A DNA stretch of 64,000 nt, taken from an uncultured Gemmatimonadales bacterium. GTDB lineage: Bacteria > Gemmatimonadota > Gemmatimonadetes > Gemmatimonadales > Gemmatimonadaceae. The DNA lies in NCBI GenBank assembly GCA_963850905.1, contig CAWKMU010000003.1, positions 256,001-320,000 of the forward strand, given 5' to 3'. The notes beneath the pieces were generated by a model, which was not told the origin of the DNA, made no database searches, and worked only from the letters and a program-made list of their open reading frames with translations. Every line of letters begins with the position of its first letter. Position 1 is the first letter of the stretch. This document shows positions 1-9,797 of this stretch, one piece after another. Made by a program: the position numbers and the translations under genes.

Positions 1-302
1 TCCGCCTGCTGTACGTCGCGTGCATCGTCGCCTTGAGCGTGCAGACGATGGCCGGCGCGAAAGGCCTGCAAGACCATCACTTCTGGCTCGCGGCTCTCGA
101 GATCGTCGGCGCGCTGCTGCTCCTGGTAGCCACGCTGCAGCGCATCGGCCTCGTGATCCTGTTGACGGTCTACACCGTGGCCGCGCTGATCACGATCCAC
201 GCCGGGCACCTGCCCATCTATCTCGTGCTGTACGCCGGGACGGCCGTGTTTCTCGTGCAACGGGGTGCGCCACCCCAGGGCGCTTCGCGCCCCAGAGGGT
301 AG
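1..302 (+). CDS. Small multi-pass membrane protein, 5'-truncated by the window edge
   Basis: Frame is open from position 3 (RLLYVACIVALSV...) to TAG at 302; 3-4 hydrophobic segments. Confidence 0.6.
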   Translation, partial: RLLYVACIVALSVQTMAGAKGLQDHHFWLAALEIVGALLLLVATLQRIGLVILLTVYTVAALITIHAGHLPIYLVLYAGTAVFLVQRGAPPQGASRPRG

Positions 303-424
303 AACTACAGAGCGTGGAAAGTAGACTACGTGCCGACGCGGGTGTTTAGCATTCGTCCACTTTCTACTTTCTGTGGCTCTACCTTCTCGGCCGCGCGAGC
401 GGCCGCGGCGCATGCGTCGCCCTT

Positions 425-1420
425 TTACGCAGGCGCGGTCACCGGGCCTTGCGGCGTCGTAGCCTCGACGCGTTGACGCGCCGGGAACCAGAAGTGGATG
501 ATGAGAGCCCACACCACGAGCACGCCGAAGACCAGTACGCTGCCTTCGGGTCCTACTGTGCCACCGGTGAGCAGCGTCGGGCCATGAAACGATGAGTTCA
601 AGATGTGACCCTGCGCGACGGTGCCGCTGTCCGGCGTACCGAAGAAGCAGGTCTCACCCCAGTCCCACGACGCGTGCATCCCGATACTCAACCAGATATT
701 GCCGGTCCGCCACACGGCAAACGCTGACAGGAGCCCGAAGCTGCCGGCCATCACCGCCCCGATGATCGCCTCGCCCTGGTTGCCGAGATGCAACCCGCCA
801 AACACGATCGAGAGCACGATGGCAGCAGGCCAGAAGCCGACGGCTGAGCCCAACGTCGACTGCAGGTAGCCGCGGAAGGAGAACTCCTCGAAGACGCCGA
901 CACAGATGAAGCCGAAGCCGTACAGCGCCGCATCTTTCCACGCGTCGAAGCCGGTCAGCGCCTGGCCGTCCATCGAGTACGCACCGACAGCGGCCATCAG
1001 CAGGAGCAGCAGGCAGAGCATCGCGAACCCGAGCGGCACCCCTTGCCAGAACCGTTTCCCGAAGGCTTGCGAGACTGGGAGGCCATAATCCGCGAACGAG
1101 CGCTTCTCGATCCGCGTCATGATCGCGGCGGACACGATCACGAGGAACGGCGTGAAGATGCCCAGGAGCTGCCCGCCGGGTGTCATCTGTTGGTCGTTCC
1201 GTGCGATGAAGAACTCGCGCACCCCCGGAGTGTGGAGCGCGATGAACGACACGGTGTACCCAATGGCGAAGACCAGCGTCACGAAGATCAGGATCCGCCA
1301 ACCAGGGCGAATTCCCGTGGGTCCCATGAAAACCTTGTGAATCACCGACCGTGGGTGGCCGGATCCTGGCGGCACACCGGGGCTGGAGTTCGAATCGTCT
1401 GGACCTGCGCCTGGGTTCAT
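425..1420 (-). CDS. CPBP/Abi (CAAX protease-like) intramembrane glutamic endopeptidase
   Basis: EEFSFRG, FGGLH and HASWD motifs in a multi-TM protein; ATG at 1420 preceded by GGAGG. Confidence 0.9.
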   Translation of the reverse strand: MNPGAGPDDSNSSPGVPPGSGHPRSVIHKVFMGPTGIRPGWRILIFVTLVFAIGYTVSFIALHTPGVREFFIARNDQQMTPGGQLLGIFTPFLVIVSAAIMTRIEKRSFADYGLPVSQAFGKRFWQGVPLGFAMLCLLLLLMAAVGAYSMDGQALTGFDAWKDAALYGFGFICVGVFEEFSFRGYLQSTLGSAVGFWPAAIVLSIVFGGLHLGNQGEAIIGAVMAGSFGLLSAFAVWRTGNIWLSIGMHASWDWGETCFFGTPDSGTVAQGHILNSSFHGPTLLTGGTVGPEGSVLVFGVLVVWALIIHFWFPARQRVEATTPQGPVTAPA

Positions 1421-1663
1421 GGTTCCTCCGTTAGCTGCACTACGGTAGGCGCCATCTGACGGTTTCCCCCGGCCCAAGCCCCTGACGGTGAAGTAGCGAC
1501 GTAATTGCAACATTGGCGCCGTGAAGATGACCATGCACCGACGGAGCGCGAGCCAGATGTAGCGTCGGATCGGTAATGGGTCTAGCCCGATCCTTGCCTT
1601 GTTGACGGTCGGCTGTCTCCAACCCACCAACGGCCCACGGCCGCACCTTCACAGGGAACAACC

Positions 1664-2212
1664 ATGAGCATGTCGTCGCGGGTTTACTGCACTGTCATCG
1701 CCGTCGCCCTTCTTCCATGTTGGGCGATCGCTCAGTCCAATGTGACCACGAACTCGGAGACGGGTGCGCCGGCCGCCGGCTCGCAACTGGCCGTCGCGTC
1801 GATCGCTGTCGCCGCGGACATGCCCCAGCAGCAGTCGAACACCGCCGCGAGTGGAGACGCGGTCCCGGCCCCGCAACCAAATCTCGACGCGGACCCGATA
1901 CCGGCGAACGCTCCTCCCCCGTCGGCGACCCCTGCGCAGTCAGATCAGGCCGCGGGTGCCACTGGACCCACGTCATCGGCCGCCACGGTCGGCATCCGAT
2001 CCCACGCAGCCACGGAAAACCTCACACGCCAGCAGTTGGCCGACCGCGCAGCCAGCGCGGACCACAACGGGCTGGGCAGAAATGCGGTGCTCATGATTGT
2101 CGGAGGCGCAGCCATCGTGGCGGGAGCGCTCATCGGTGGCGGCGCCGGCACCGCGCTCATCGTCGTCGGAGCGGTGATCGGCATTACTGGCCTTGTGTTG
2201 ATTCTGGCGTAA
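1664..2212 (+). CDS. Hypothetical exported protein with low-complexity middle and C-terminal Gly-rich TM hairpin
   Basis: Signal peptide ending in AIA-Q, Ala/Pro-rich linker, hydrophobic C-terminus; AGGGA RBS. Confidence 0.7.
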   Translation: MSMSSRVYCTVIAVALLPCWAIAQSNVTTNSETGAPAAGSQLAVASIAVAADMPQQQSNTAASGDAVPAPQPNLDADPIPANAPPPSATPAQSDQAAGATGPTSSAATVGIRSHAATENLTRQQLADRAASADHNGLGRNAVLMIVGGAAIVAGALIGGGAGTALIVVGAVIGITGLVLILA

Positions 2213-2399
2213 CGATTCATCAGCGCGCCGGCCCCTTCGCGCGGACACATTGCACGAAGTGACGATTCGGTCATGACGGGCGGTGAGGAGTTGGCTGAGC
2301 GGTAGATTGGCCTCGCGTTTCCCCGACTGCGGGGCCACTCCGACTCGCCATGCCGCACCCTCTGGCAACGTCCAAGTACTCGGACCCAAACCACACCGG

Positions 2400-2424
2400 G
2401 TAGGGGCGACGCAATGCGTCGCCC
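2400..2424 (+). repeat. GTAG-type REP element
   Basis: GTAG-GGGCGACGCA-A-TGCGTCGCCC palindrome; copies at 38309, 54262 and 57200. Confidence 0.85.
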
Positions 2425-2597
2425 GCCGTTCGCCGGCCACGTCGCGCACCACACGAACACCGCGTCGCCACCCGCGACCAAAACTCCGATCGGTCTGGAC
2501 AATCTGCGGCGTTAGGCGAAGTTCTTGACGCCCGCCGCCGAGCCGCAGGACGCGTCGGGGCACCCCGTTGCCAGGCGCCTGAGGAGAAACTCGGATC

Positions 2598-4623
2598 ATG
2601 ACCAACGCGACTTCGGCAGCGGGCCCGCAGGCCACGACGACGACGCCAGCACAGGCACTGAAAGAACTGACTGTCCGCGGCGTGATCCTCGGTGTGGTCA
2701 TCACACTGATCTTCACCGCGGCCAACGTCTTCTTCGGCCTCAAGGCGGGACTGACCTTCTCGACCTCCATCCCCGCAGCCGTCATATCGATGGCCATCCT
2801 GCGCGGCTTCAAGGGCGTGACGATCCAGGAAAACAACATCGTCCAGACGGTCGCCTCGGCCGCCGGCACGCTGTCGTCAATCATCTTCGTGCTTCCCGGT
2901 CTGGTCATGATCGGCTGGTGGACCGGTTTCCCGTACTGGACGTCCGTGTTGATCTGCGCGCTGGGTGGCGTGCTGGGCGTGATGTACTCCATTCCGCTCC
3001 GACGCGCGCTCGTCACGGACTCCGACCTGCCGTATCCGGAGGGCGTCGCGTGCGCCGAGGTCCTGAGGGTCGGCAGCGGAGGCAGCGCGGAGGGCTCGGG
3101 CGTGGACGAGACCCGCGCTGGCCTGCTGGCCGTGGTAGGCGGTTCGATCGTATCAGCGGTGTTCGCGGTCGTGGTGGCCACGCGCATGCTCGCCGGTGAC
3201 CTCGTGCGGTATTTCCGCCTCGGCACGAGCGGCGCCGTGACCGGCTTCGATCTCTTCTTCTCCATTGCGCTCTTCGGCGTCGGCCATTTGATAGGACTGT
3301 GGGTTGGCGTCGCGATCGGGCTCGGCGCCGTCATCGCCTGGCTGTGGGGCGTCCCACACTACTCGGCGTTGAATGGCAGTGGCAGTCACGCGGCCGCCGC
3401 CGTACTCGCCCAACAGACGTGGAGCCACCAGGTCCGCTTCGTCGGCGCGGGCACCATTCTCGTCGCTGCCATCTGGACGCTGGCCACACTGGTGAAGCCC
3501 GTCTACGGCGGGCTCCGCTCCGCACTCGCCGCGTCGCGCGCGCGGCGCGCTGGCGCTCAGGCGCTCTTGCCACGCACCGAGCGCGACATTCCAATCGGTC
3601 TGGTCGCCCTCTTCACACTTGTCTGCCTGGTGCCGATCGGCGTGCTGCTCGCGAATTTCGATTCCCACGGCGCGCTCACCTCCCACATGACGGTGCTCGT
3701 GATCGGCGGAATCGTGTACATCGCCCTCATGAGCTTCTTCGTCTCCGCCGTCTGCGGCTACATGGCCGGGCTCATCGGCTCCTCGAACAGCCCGCTCTCG
3801 GGGATCGGCATCCTGGCCGTCATCGGTGCTGCGCTACTCCTGGTCGTCGGCGTACGCTCCGAGCTGCCGACCTCCGCGCAGCCTGCCCTGGTCGCCTTCG
3901 CCCTGTTCGTCACCGCGGTCGTGTTCTGCGGTCGCCACGATCGCGAACAACAACCTGCAGGATCTCAAGACAGGGCAGCTGGTGGATGCGACGCCGTGGA
4001 AGCAGCAGGTCGCGCTGGTCATCGGCGTCATCGCCGGGGCGGTGATCATTCCGCCGATTATGGACCTGTTGAACCACGCATATGGGTTCGCCGGTGCGAT
4101 CGGCCCGCTGCGAGAGCATCCGCTGCCGGCCCCGCAAGCGGGGCTCATCTCCGCGCTCGCGCAGGGCGTCCTGTTGAACAATGTGGATTGGAGCCTGATC
4201 GGCGTCGGCGTCGGCATCGGCGTCGCGCTGATTGTCATCGACGCGGTGCTGCGTCAAGCGACGGCCGGGCGCGCCCATCTCTCGCCGCTCGCCGTCGGCC
4301 TGGGGATCTACCTGCCCACGCAAAGCACGCTGATGGTTGTCCTGGGCGCGCTCGCGGGGTGGTACTTCGACCGGCGCGCCGACCGGCGCACCAACCCGGC
4401 AGCGGTCAAGCAGCTCGGCGTCCTGCTGGCGTCAGGCCTGATCGTGGGCGAAGGCCTCGTGGGCGTTCTGATCGCCGCACTCGTCGCGTTCTCGGGCAAG
4501 GATTTCCCGCTCTCTCTCGTCGGCGACAGTTTTGCGGGGAGCTGGGCCGTCGTCTTGTCGACCATCACCTTCGCCATCACCATGGTGATCTTGTACCGCT
4601 GGGTCGCCCGCCTGCGTCAGTAA
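2598..4623 (+). CDS. OPT-family oligopeptide transporter (one frameshift near 3927)
   Basis: ELTVRG, GLKAGLTFSTSIPAAVIS, ENNIVQT and LPYPEG motifs; continues in the 3826..4623 frame (NNLQDLKTG, LPAPQA). Confidence 0.9.
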
Positions 4624-4719
4624 ACGCCCTGTCAAGCGCTAGCGACCCTCGACGCGCCTCGCGGGTACGGGGCTGATCAAGGGCGGTGACGCAGAGTCGG
4701 CTCGGACGGCCAGGGCCAG

Positions 4720-5025
4720 TTACGCGCTCCGTCGCTTCCGCGGCGCCGCTGCCACCAGCGCCTCGAGCGTAAACACCAGACCCACGACGTCAGCGACGCA
4801 CTTCGCACACCGGTGCCCGCGCTGGTAGCTGTCGAGCGTCGTCTGGACGCGCCGCAGGTCATAGACCCAGCCGCGCCGCTGGCACGCGTCACACCGTCGC
4901 GTCGCGCTCGCCGGTAACAAGGCGAGCGCCGCGTCAATCGCCGCGCGCCACTGTTCGACTGACCCGTACGCTCGCAGCGTCTCGGCACGTCGTTCATCCG
5001 CCAACTGATAAGGTTCGTCGCTCAC
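4720..5025 (-). CDS. Small hypothetical protein with two CxxC motifs (possible Zn finger)
   Basis: CDAC...CAKC in a 101-aa ORF; GGAG upstream; no family recognised. Confidence 0.5.
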   Translation of the reverse strand: MSDEPYQLADERRAETLRAYGSVEQWRAAIDAALALLPASATRRCDACQRRGWVYDLRRVQTTLDSYQRGHRCAKCVADVVGLVFTLEALVAAAPRKRRSA

Positions 5026-5227
5026 TGGTCATTGCTCCGACGAAGGGAAGACGCCTGCGACTGACCCAACCGACGCCCCACCGCCGTGGACGTCACACGG
5101 ACCCCGTTGGTCGTGGGAGCGCCGCTGGCCGCCGACGGTGGACTCCTGCGGGTCGCGGTGCTACCCTCTAGTCCGCGCTGGCCCGCCTGCCCGCCCTTCG
5201 TTCTTCTCGTCTTCACTCGCCTCGTCA

Positions 5228-6931
5228 ATGCGTGTGTTCGCGTTTGTCCTCGGGGGACTGCACGAGCGTCCCTACGTTCGCTACATCGGCTACTCGAGTC
5301 TGGCGGCGTTGACAGCGCTCCTGACATCGGCCGCATCGCCCAGTCCGGCGGCTCGCTTTGATCTCCTGATTCGCCACGCCCGCATTGTCGATGGCACCGG
5401 GAACCCGTGGTATCGAGGCGACGTCGGAGTGAGCGGCGATCGCATTGTGGCGATCGGCTCGTTCGATCCCGCCGATGCGACGCGGGTCATCGACGCCGCC
5501 GACCGCGTCGTCGCACCCGGCTTCATCGATATGATGGCCGAAACCGCCGTCCCCCTCATCGTCGATTCGATCAGCGCCGAAAGCAAGCTGCGCCAGGGAG
5601 TGACGACGATCTTTGTGGGGGAGGGCGATTCCGACGCTCCGACGGGTGGGTCGGTGCCACCAGATACGGCGACGGCCGGCGGGGAACATCTCACCTGGCA
5701 GACCTTCGGCGACTACGCGCGTATCCTCCAGCGGAAGAGAATCGCCGTCAACGTCGCCTACAACATCGGGGCCACGCAGGTCCGACGCATCGTACTCGGT
5801 GATCAGGACCGCCGCCCGTCTCCAGTGCAGCTCGCGGAGATGCAGGCATTGGTGAGCGCGGCCATGCGCGAGGGCTCCGTGGGGTTCTCGAGCGCGCTCA
5901 TCTACGCGCCCGGCACCTATGCGACAAGTGAGGAGCTCACGGCCCTGGCCCGCGCCGCCGCGCCCTACCATGGTGTGTACTTCACACACATGCGCAATGA
6001 GAGCAATCAACTCCTCGACGCCATCCGCGAGACGATTCGCATCGGCGTCGATGGCGGGGTGCCGGTCCACATCTACCACCTCAAGGCCGCAGGCCAGGAG
6101 AATTGGTCCCTCATGCCTCGTGCCCTCGCGCTCATCGACAGCGCGCGCGCCGCAGGCATCGAGGTGACGGCGGACGTGTATCCGTACATTCGGAATGGCA
6201 TCGGCCTCAGAGCGTTCCTCGATCCGCGTCATTACGTCCAGGGAAGCGACCCCTTTCTCAAGACCGTGTCCGACTCCGCCGTGCGACGCCAGCTGCGGCA
6301 CGAAGTCGAGACGGGCACCGACTGGGAGAACTGGTATCGTCATGTCGGGATGAATTGGGACAAGGTCCTCATCACCGGAGTGCCCCGGGGCGTCGACACG
6401 AACTTCGTCGGTCTCTCGGTCGCCGGCGTGGCCAAGCGGCGGGGCGTCGATGCCTGGTCCGCGTTTTTCGACCTGCTCGAGTCGCAGGGCGACGTGGATG
6501 TCGCCCCGGAAAGCATGGACGAGGAGCAGAAGCGGCTTGCCCTGCGCGCACCCTATGTCGCGATCGACAACGACCAGCGACCGACGGACCCCGCCACGGT
6601 TCGGAGCGCGCATCCGCGGGCCTTCGGGACGTTTCCACGAATCCTCGCGAAGTACGTGCGCGAGGAGCACGTCATCTCGCTGGAGGAAGCGGTGCGGAAG
6701 ATGTCGTCGCTGCCCGCGAATATCCTTGGGCTTCACGAGCGGGGACGTATCGCTCCGGGGATGATCGCTGACCTCGTCCTTTTTGATCCGGCCAAAGTGC
6801 AGGACCACGCGACCTTCACCAAACCGCTCGTGTACTCGACCGGCATCGACGACGTGATCATCAATGGCCGCCTCGTACTCGACGCCGGCCACATGGTCGA
6901 CTATGGAGCTGGCGAGGTGTTGCGACATTGA
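5228..6931 (+). CDS. N-acyl-D-amino-acid deacylase (D-aminoacylase, amidohydrolase superfamily)
   Basis: DLLIRHARIVDGTG, VAPGFID, THMRNE, HPRAFGTFPR and ADLVLFD motifs; start uncertain. Confidence 0.9.
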   Translation: MRVFAFVLGGLHERPYVRYIGYSSLAALTALLTSAASPSPAARFDLLIRHARIVDGTGNPWYRGDVGVSGDRIVAIGSFDPADATRVIDAADRVVAPGFIDMMAETAVPLIVDSISAESKLRQGVTTIFVGEGDSDAPTGGSVPPDTATAGGEHLTWQTFGDYARILQRKRIAVNVAYNIGATQVRRIVLGDQDRRPSPVQLAEMQALVSAAMREGSVGFSSALIYAPGTYATSEELTALARAAAPYHGVYFTHMRNESNQLLDAIRETIRIGVDGGVPVHIYHLKAAGQENWSLMPRALALIDSARAAGIEVTADVYPYIRNGIGLRAFLDPRHYVQGSDPFLKTVSDSAVRRQLRHEVETGTDWENWYRHVGMNWDKVLITGVPRGVDTNFVGLSVAGVAKRRGVDAWSAFFDLLESQGDVDVAPESMDEEQKRLALRAPYVAIDNDQRPTDPATVRSAHPRAFGTFPRILAKYVREEHVISLEEAVRKMSSLPANILGLHERGRIAPGMIADLVLFDPAKVQDHATFTKPLVYSTGIDDVIINGRLVLDAGHMVDYGAGEVLRH

Positions 6932-7098
6932 CATTTCGCGACATCTTCATCGGCCCGACCGTGGCTAACGGGCGGAACGGTCGGGCCGGAATGCAGTGCG
7001 ATCGGTTTCGTGTTGTTCGCGATCGCGTCCGTGGCGTTCAATCACCTGTACCCACCGAAGTAAGAACATGCCGGGCGGATATTCCCCAGGGAGCTTCG

Positions 7099-8526
7099 AT
7101 GAAGAGAGCCGCTTTTCTCACTGCCGTTTTGGTGCTGCTCGGCGCTGCGTTCACGGTGGCACGATCGCAGTCCAACGAATCCAGCCCCTCACCGAACGCG
7201 GCGCCGATTGTGCTGCGAGCGACGCGGCTCTTCGAGGTCGCGACGGGTAAGATCGTGAGCCCAGGCCAGGTGCTTGTGGAGGGCGGCCGCATCCAGGCGG
7301 TTGGAACAACGGTGCCGCACCCGGTTGGCGCGAAGGTGATCGACCTGGGCGACAGGACGCTGATGCCGGGACTGATCGACGCACACGTCCACCTGTTCCT
7401 GCACCCGGAGCCGCCATCGGAGGGGATGCAGACCGTGGAGGAATCGGTGCCAGAGCGGACCGTCGAGGCGACGCTGGCGGCGAAGGCCGATCTGATGGCC
7501 GGATTCACCGCCGAGCGCGACATGGGGACGGAGGGTGCGGGCCCGGCAGATGCGGCCATCCGCGACGCGATCGACAAGGGGCTCATTCCCGGGCCGCGCT
7601 TGCGCATCAGCGGCATGGCGATCTCGATTCTTGGCGGCCACGAGGACGCGGTCGGCTTCAACCCGGCGCAGCACGTACTGGGGAATGCCGACTACGCGAA
7701 CGACGCCCAGCAGCTGATCGAAACGATCCGCGAGCAGCACAAGGACGGGGCGAGCTTCGTGAAGATCTACGAGACGGGATCCGACCGGATGGTCCCCGAC
7801 GGGTCGGCGCCCTGCCTGGGCGACCCGATCTGCACCCAACTCAAGATCGGCGACCAGTCGGACGATCCGCAGTTCTGGGATTTCCATTCGCCGTACCAGT
7901 ACAGTGAGGCGGAGCTGCAAGCGGCCGTGGCCGAGGCGACTCGACTGGGCAGCAACGTGGGCGTGCATTGCCAGGGTGAGCCGGGGGCGCGGTTCGCGGT
8001 GGAGGCGGGCGTGGCGTCAGTCGATCACGCGACGCAGCTCAGCGATGGGACCATGGAGATGATGAAGTCGAAGGGTATCCCTGCCGTGCCGACGTTTACC
8101 GTCTTCCTGTTCTTCGCGGACCATGCACCGAGTCCAGCGGCCGCGGCGCGCGAGCACGTGATGCTCGACTACAAGGTCCGCGAGTTCAAACGACAGGTGG
8201 CCGCGGGGGTTCCGATGGCCGTGGGATCGGATGTGGGGCCGTTCGCGCACGGAACCCAGGCAGAGGAATTCGCGCTGATGGTGAAGTACGGGATGACGCC
8301 GCTCGCTGTGCTTCAAGCCGATTATCTGAACGGTCCGCGCATTCTGATGTGGCAGAACGACGTGGGACAACTCAAGCCCGGGTACTTCGCGGACGTGATT
8401 GCGGTGCCAGGGAATCCGCTGGCGGACATCACGGTGCTACAGCACGTGCAGTTCGTGATGAAAGGTGGCGTCGTGTATAGGAGCGAGGGGTCGGGCAACG
8501 GGGGACTGGAGGCGCCCGCGAGTTAG
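7099..8526 (+). CDS. Exported amidohydrolase (Xaa-Pro dipeptidase/imidazolonepropionase-like)
   Basis: Signal peptide; MPGLIDAHVH, GSDVG and ADVIAVPGNPL motifs. Confidence 0.9.
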   Translation: MKRAAFLTAVLVLLGAAFTVARSQSNESSPSPNAAPIVLRATRLFEVATGKIVSPGQVLVEGGRIQAVGTTVPHPVGAKVIDLGDRTLMPGLIDAHVHLFLHPEPPSEGMQTVEESVPERTVEATLAAKADLMAGFTAERDMGTEGAGPADAAIRDAIDKGLIPGPRLRISGMAISILGGHEDAVGFNPAQHVLGNADYANDAQQLIETIREQHKDGASFVKIYETGSDRMVPDGSAPCLGDPICTQLKIGDQSDDPQFWDFHSPYQYSEAELQAAVAEATRLGSNVGVHCQGEPGARFAVEAGVASVDHATQLSDGTMEMMKSKGIPAVPTFTVFLFFADHAPSPAAAAREHVMLDYKVREFKRQVAAGVPMAVGSDVGPFAHGTQAEEFALMVKYGMTPLAVLQADYLNGPRILMWQNDVGQLKPGYFADVIAVPGNPLADITVLQHVQFVMKGGVVYRSEGSGNGGLEAPAS

Positions 8527-8675
8527 CAATTGGGGCGGCGGGGTGACGAACGAAGGCTGCGTTCCCGCCGCCAGCGCGGCTGGACACGGGTCGGCAAGCG
8601 CCGGAGATTAGCGAGAGTCCGCGCCCGCACGACGGGCACCTCGCCCTCCATACGATCCGTCGGAGCATCTCTTCC

Positions 8676-9569
8676 ATGTCACGAATTCGCAGCTGGCTCG
8701 CTGGGTCAGCCACGGTCCTGTTTGCCGTCCTGCACGCCAACGCGGCTGCGCAGCGGCCGCTCAAGGTCTTCCTCTCGGCCGATATGGAGGGCGTAGCAGG
8801 GGTCGTGGCCATGGACCAACTCGGACCCCCGGGACCGGATTACGACTGGGCTCGACATTTGATGACGGCCGAGGTCAACTCCGCCATTACCGCGGCGTTC
8901 GACGCTGGCGCGACGGAAGTGCTCATAAACGATGGCCACGGATCGCACACCAACCTCCGCGCCGATGAGATGGATCAGCGCGCGAGTCTCGTCACGGGGA
9001 CTCCAGCGCCGCTCGGCATGGCGGAAGGGATCGACTCGTCGTTTGGCGCCGTGATCTGCATCGGGTTCCATGCCCGGGCATCGACAGCAGGCGCCGTGAT
9101 CGATCATACCTACACGGGCACCATCACCGACATGACGCTCAATGGCGTGCCGGTTGGAGAGTACGGAATGTCCGCCGCCGTGGCTGGCTACTACGGCGTC
9201 CCCGTCGTGTTCATCTCCGGCGATAGTGCGGTAGCTGAGCAAGCTCGAACATTCATTCCCGGGATCGAAACCGTCACAACGAAGGAGGCGTTCACGCGCT
9301 ACGCCGCGCGGACGATCAGTCCCCAAGCATCGCGTACGGCGATCGCAGCCGGAGTGAAGAAGGCACTTGCACGGCGAACCGAGATCCGCCCGGTCCATGT
9401 GACGACCCCGATCACGCTCGCCGTTGAGTTCACGAATACCGGATACGCCGACAACGTGGCCATGATCCCCGGCGCGCGCCGAACCGGTCCCCGCACGGTG
9501 ACGTACGTCGCTCGGGATATGCCCGAGGCCTACCGCGTGTCACGCTTGATGATGATGCTCGCGCGGTAA
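8676..9569 (+). CDS. M55-family D-aminopeptidase (DppA-like) with signal peptide
   Basis: KVFLSADMEG, NDGHG, IGFHA, HTY and ISGD motifs. Confidence 0.92.
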   Translation: MSRIRSWLAGSATVLFAVLHANAAAQRPLKVFLSADMEGVAGVVAMDQLGPPGPDYDWARHLMTAEVNSAITAAFDAGATEVLINDGHGSHTNLRADEMDQRASLVTGTPAPLGMAEGIDSSFGAVICIGFHARASTAGAVIDHTYTGTITDMTLNGVPVGEYGMSAAVAGYYGVPVVFISGDSAVAEQARTFIPGIETVTTKEAFTRYAARTISPQASRTAIAAGVKKALARRTEIRPVHVTTPITLAVEFTNTGYADNVAMIPGARRTGPRTVTYVARDMPEAYRVSRLMMMLAR

Positions 9570-9583
9570 TTTCGCCGCCCGCA

Positions 9584-9652
9584 CGGATCGATCCCAACTT
9601 TGCGCCGCTGCACGGCAATCCGCGTTTCGAGCGATTGATCGCGCAGCCGTAA
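9584..9652 (+). pseudogene. Relic C-terminus of a Ser/Thr kinase-TPR paralog
   Basis: Translates RIDPNFAPLHGNPRFERLIAQP-stop, matching RIDPNFASLNGNPRFERLI at the end of 15242..17920. Confidence 0.75.
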
Positions 9653-9797
9653 GCGTCACACGCCTGGTCGGATGCGCCGGCGGTTGGCGCTGCCAGCGAG
9701 CGACATTGTCAGCGCGGTCACGGCCGTCTTCGCCGTCACCGCCATCGCGACCGCGGCCGGAAATGGCCGTTTGCGCCCGGCCGATCCTCGGGCGTGG

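Noticed and set aside
3920..3935. Programmed frameshifting in the OPT gene and other split genes
   Set aside because: No slippery heptamer is evident; single-base indels are better explained by sequencing error
5225..6934. Long antisense ORFs (e.g. 569 aa here, also 29903..31756 and 12057..13199)
   Set aside because: Shadow ORFs of real genes in high-GC DNA, with no motifs
6998..7063. Hydrophobic peptide AIGFVLFAIASVAFNHLYPPK-stop as a gene relic
   Set aside because: Too short and has no recognisable parent
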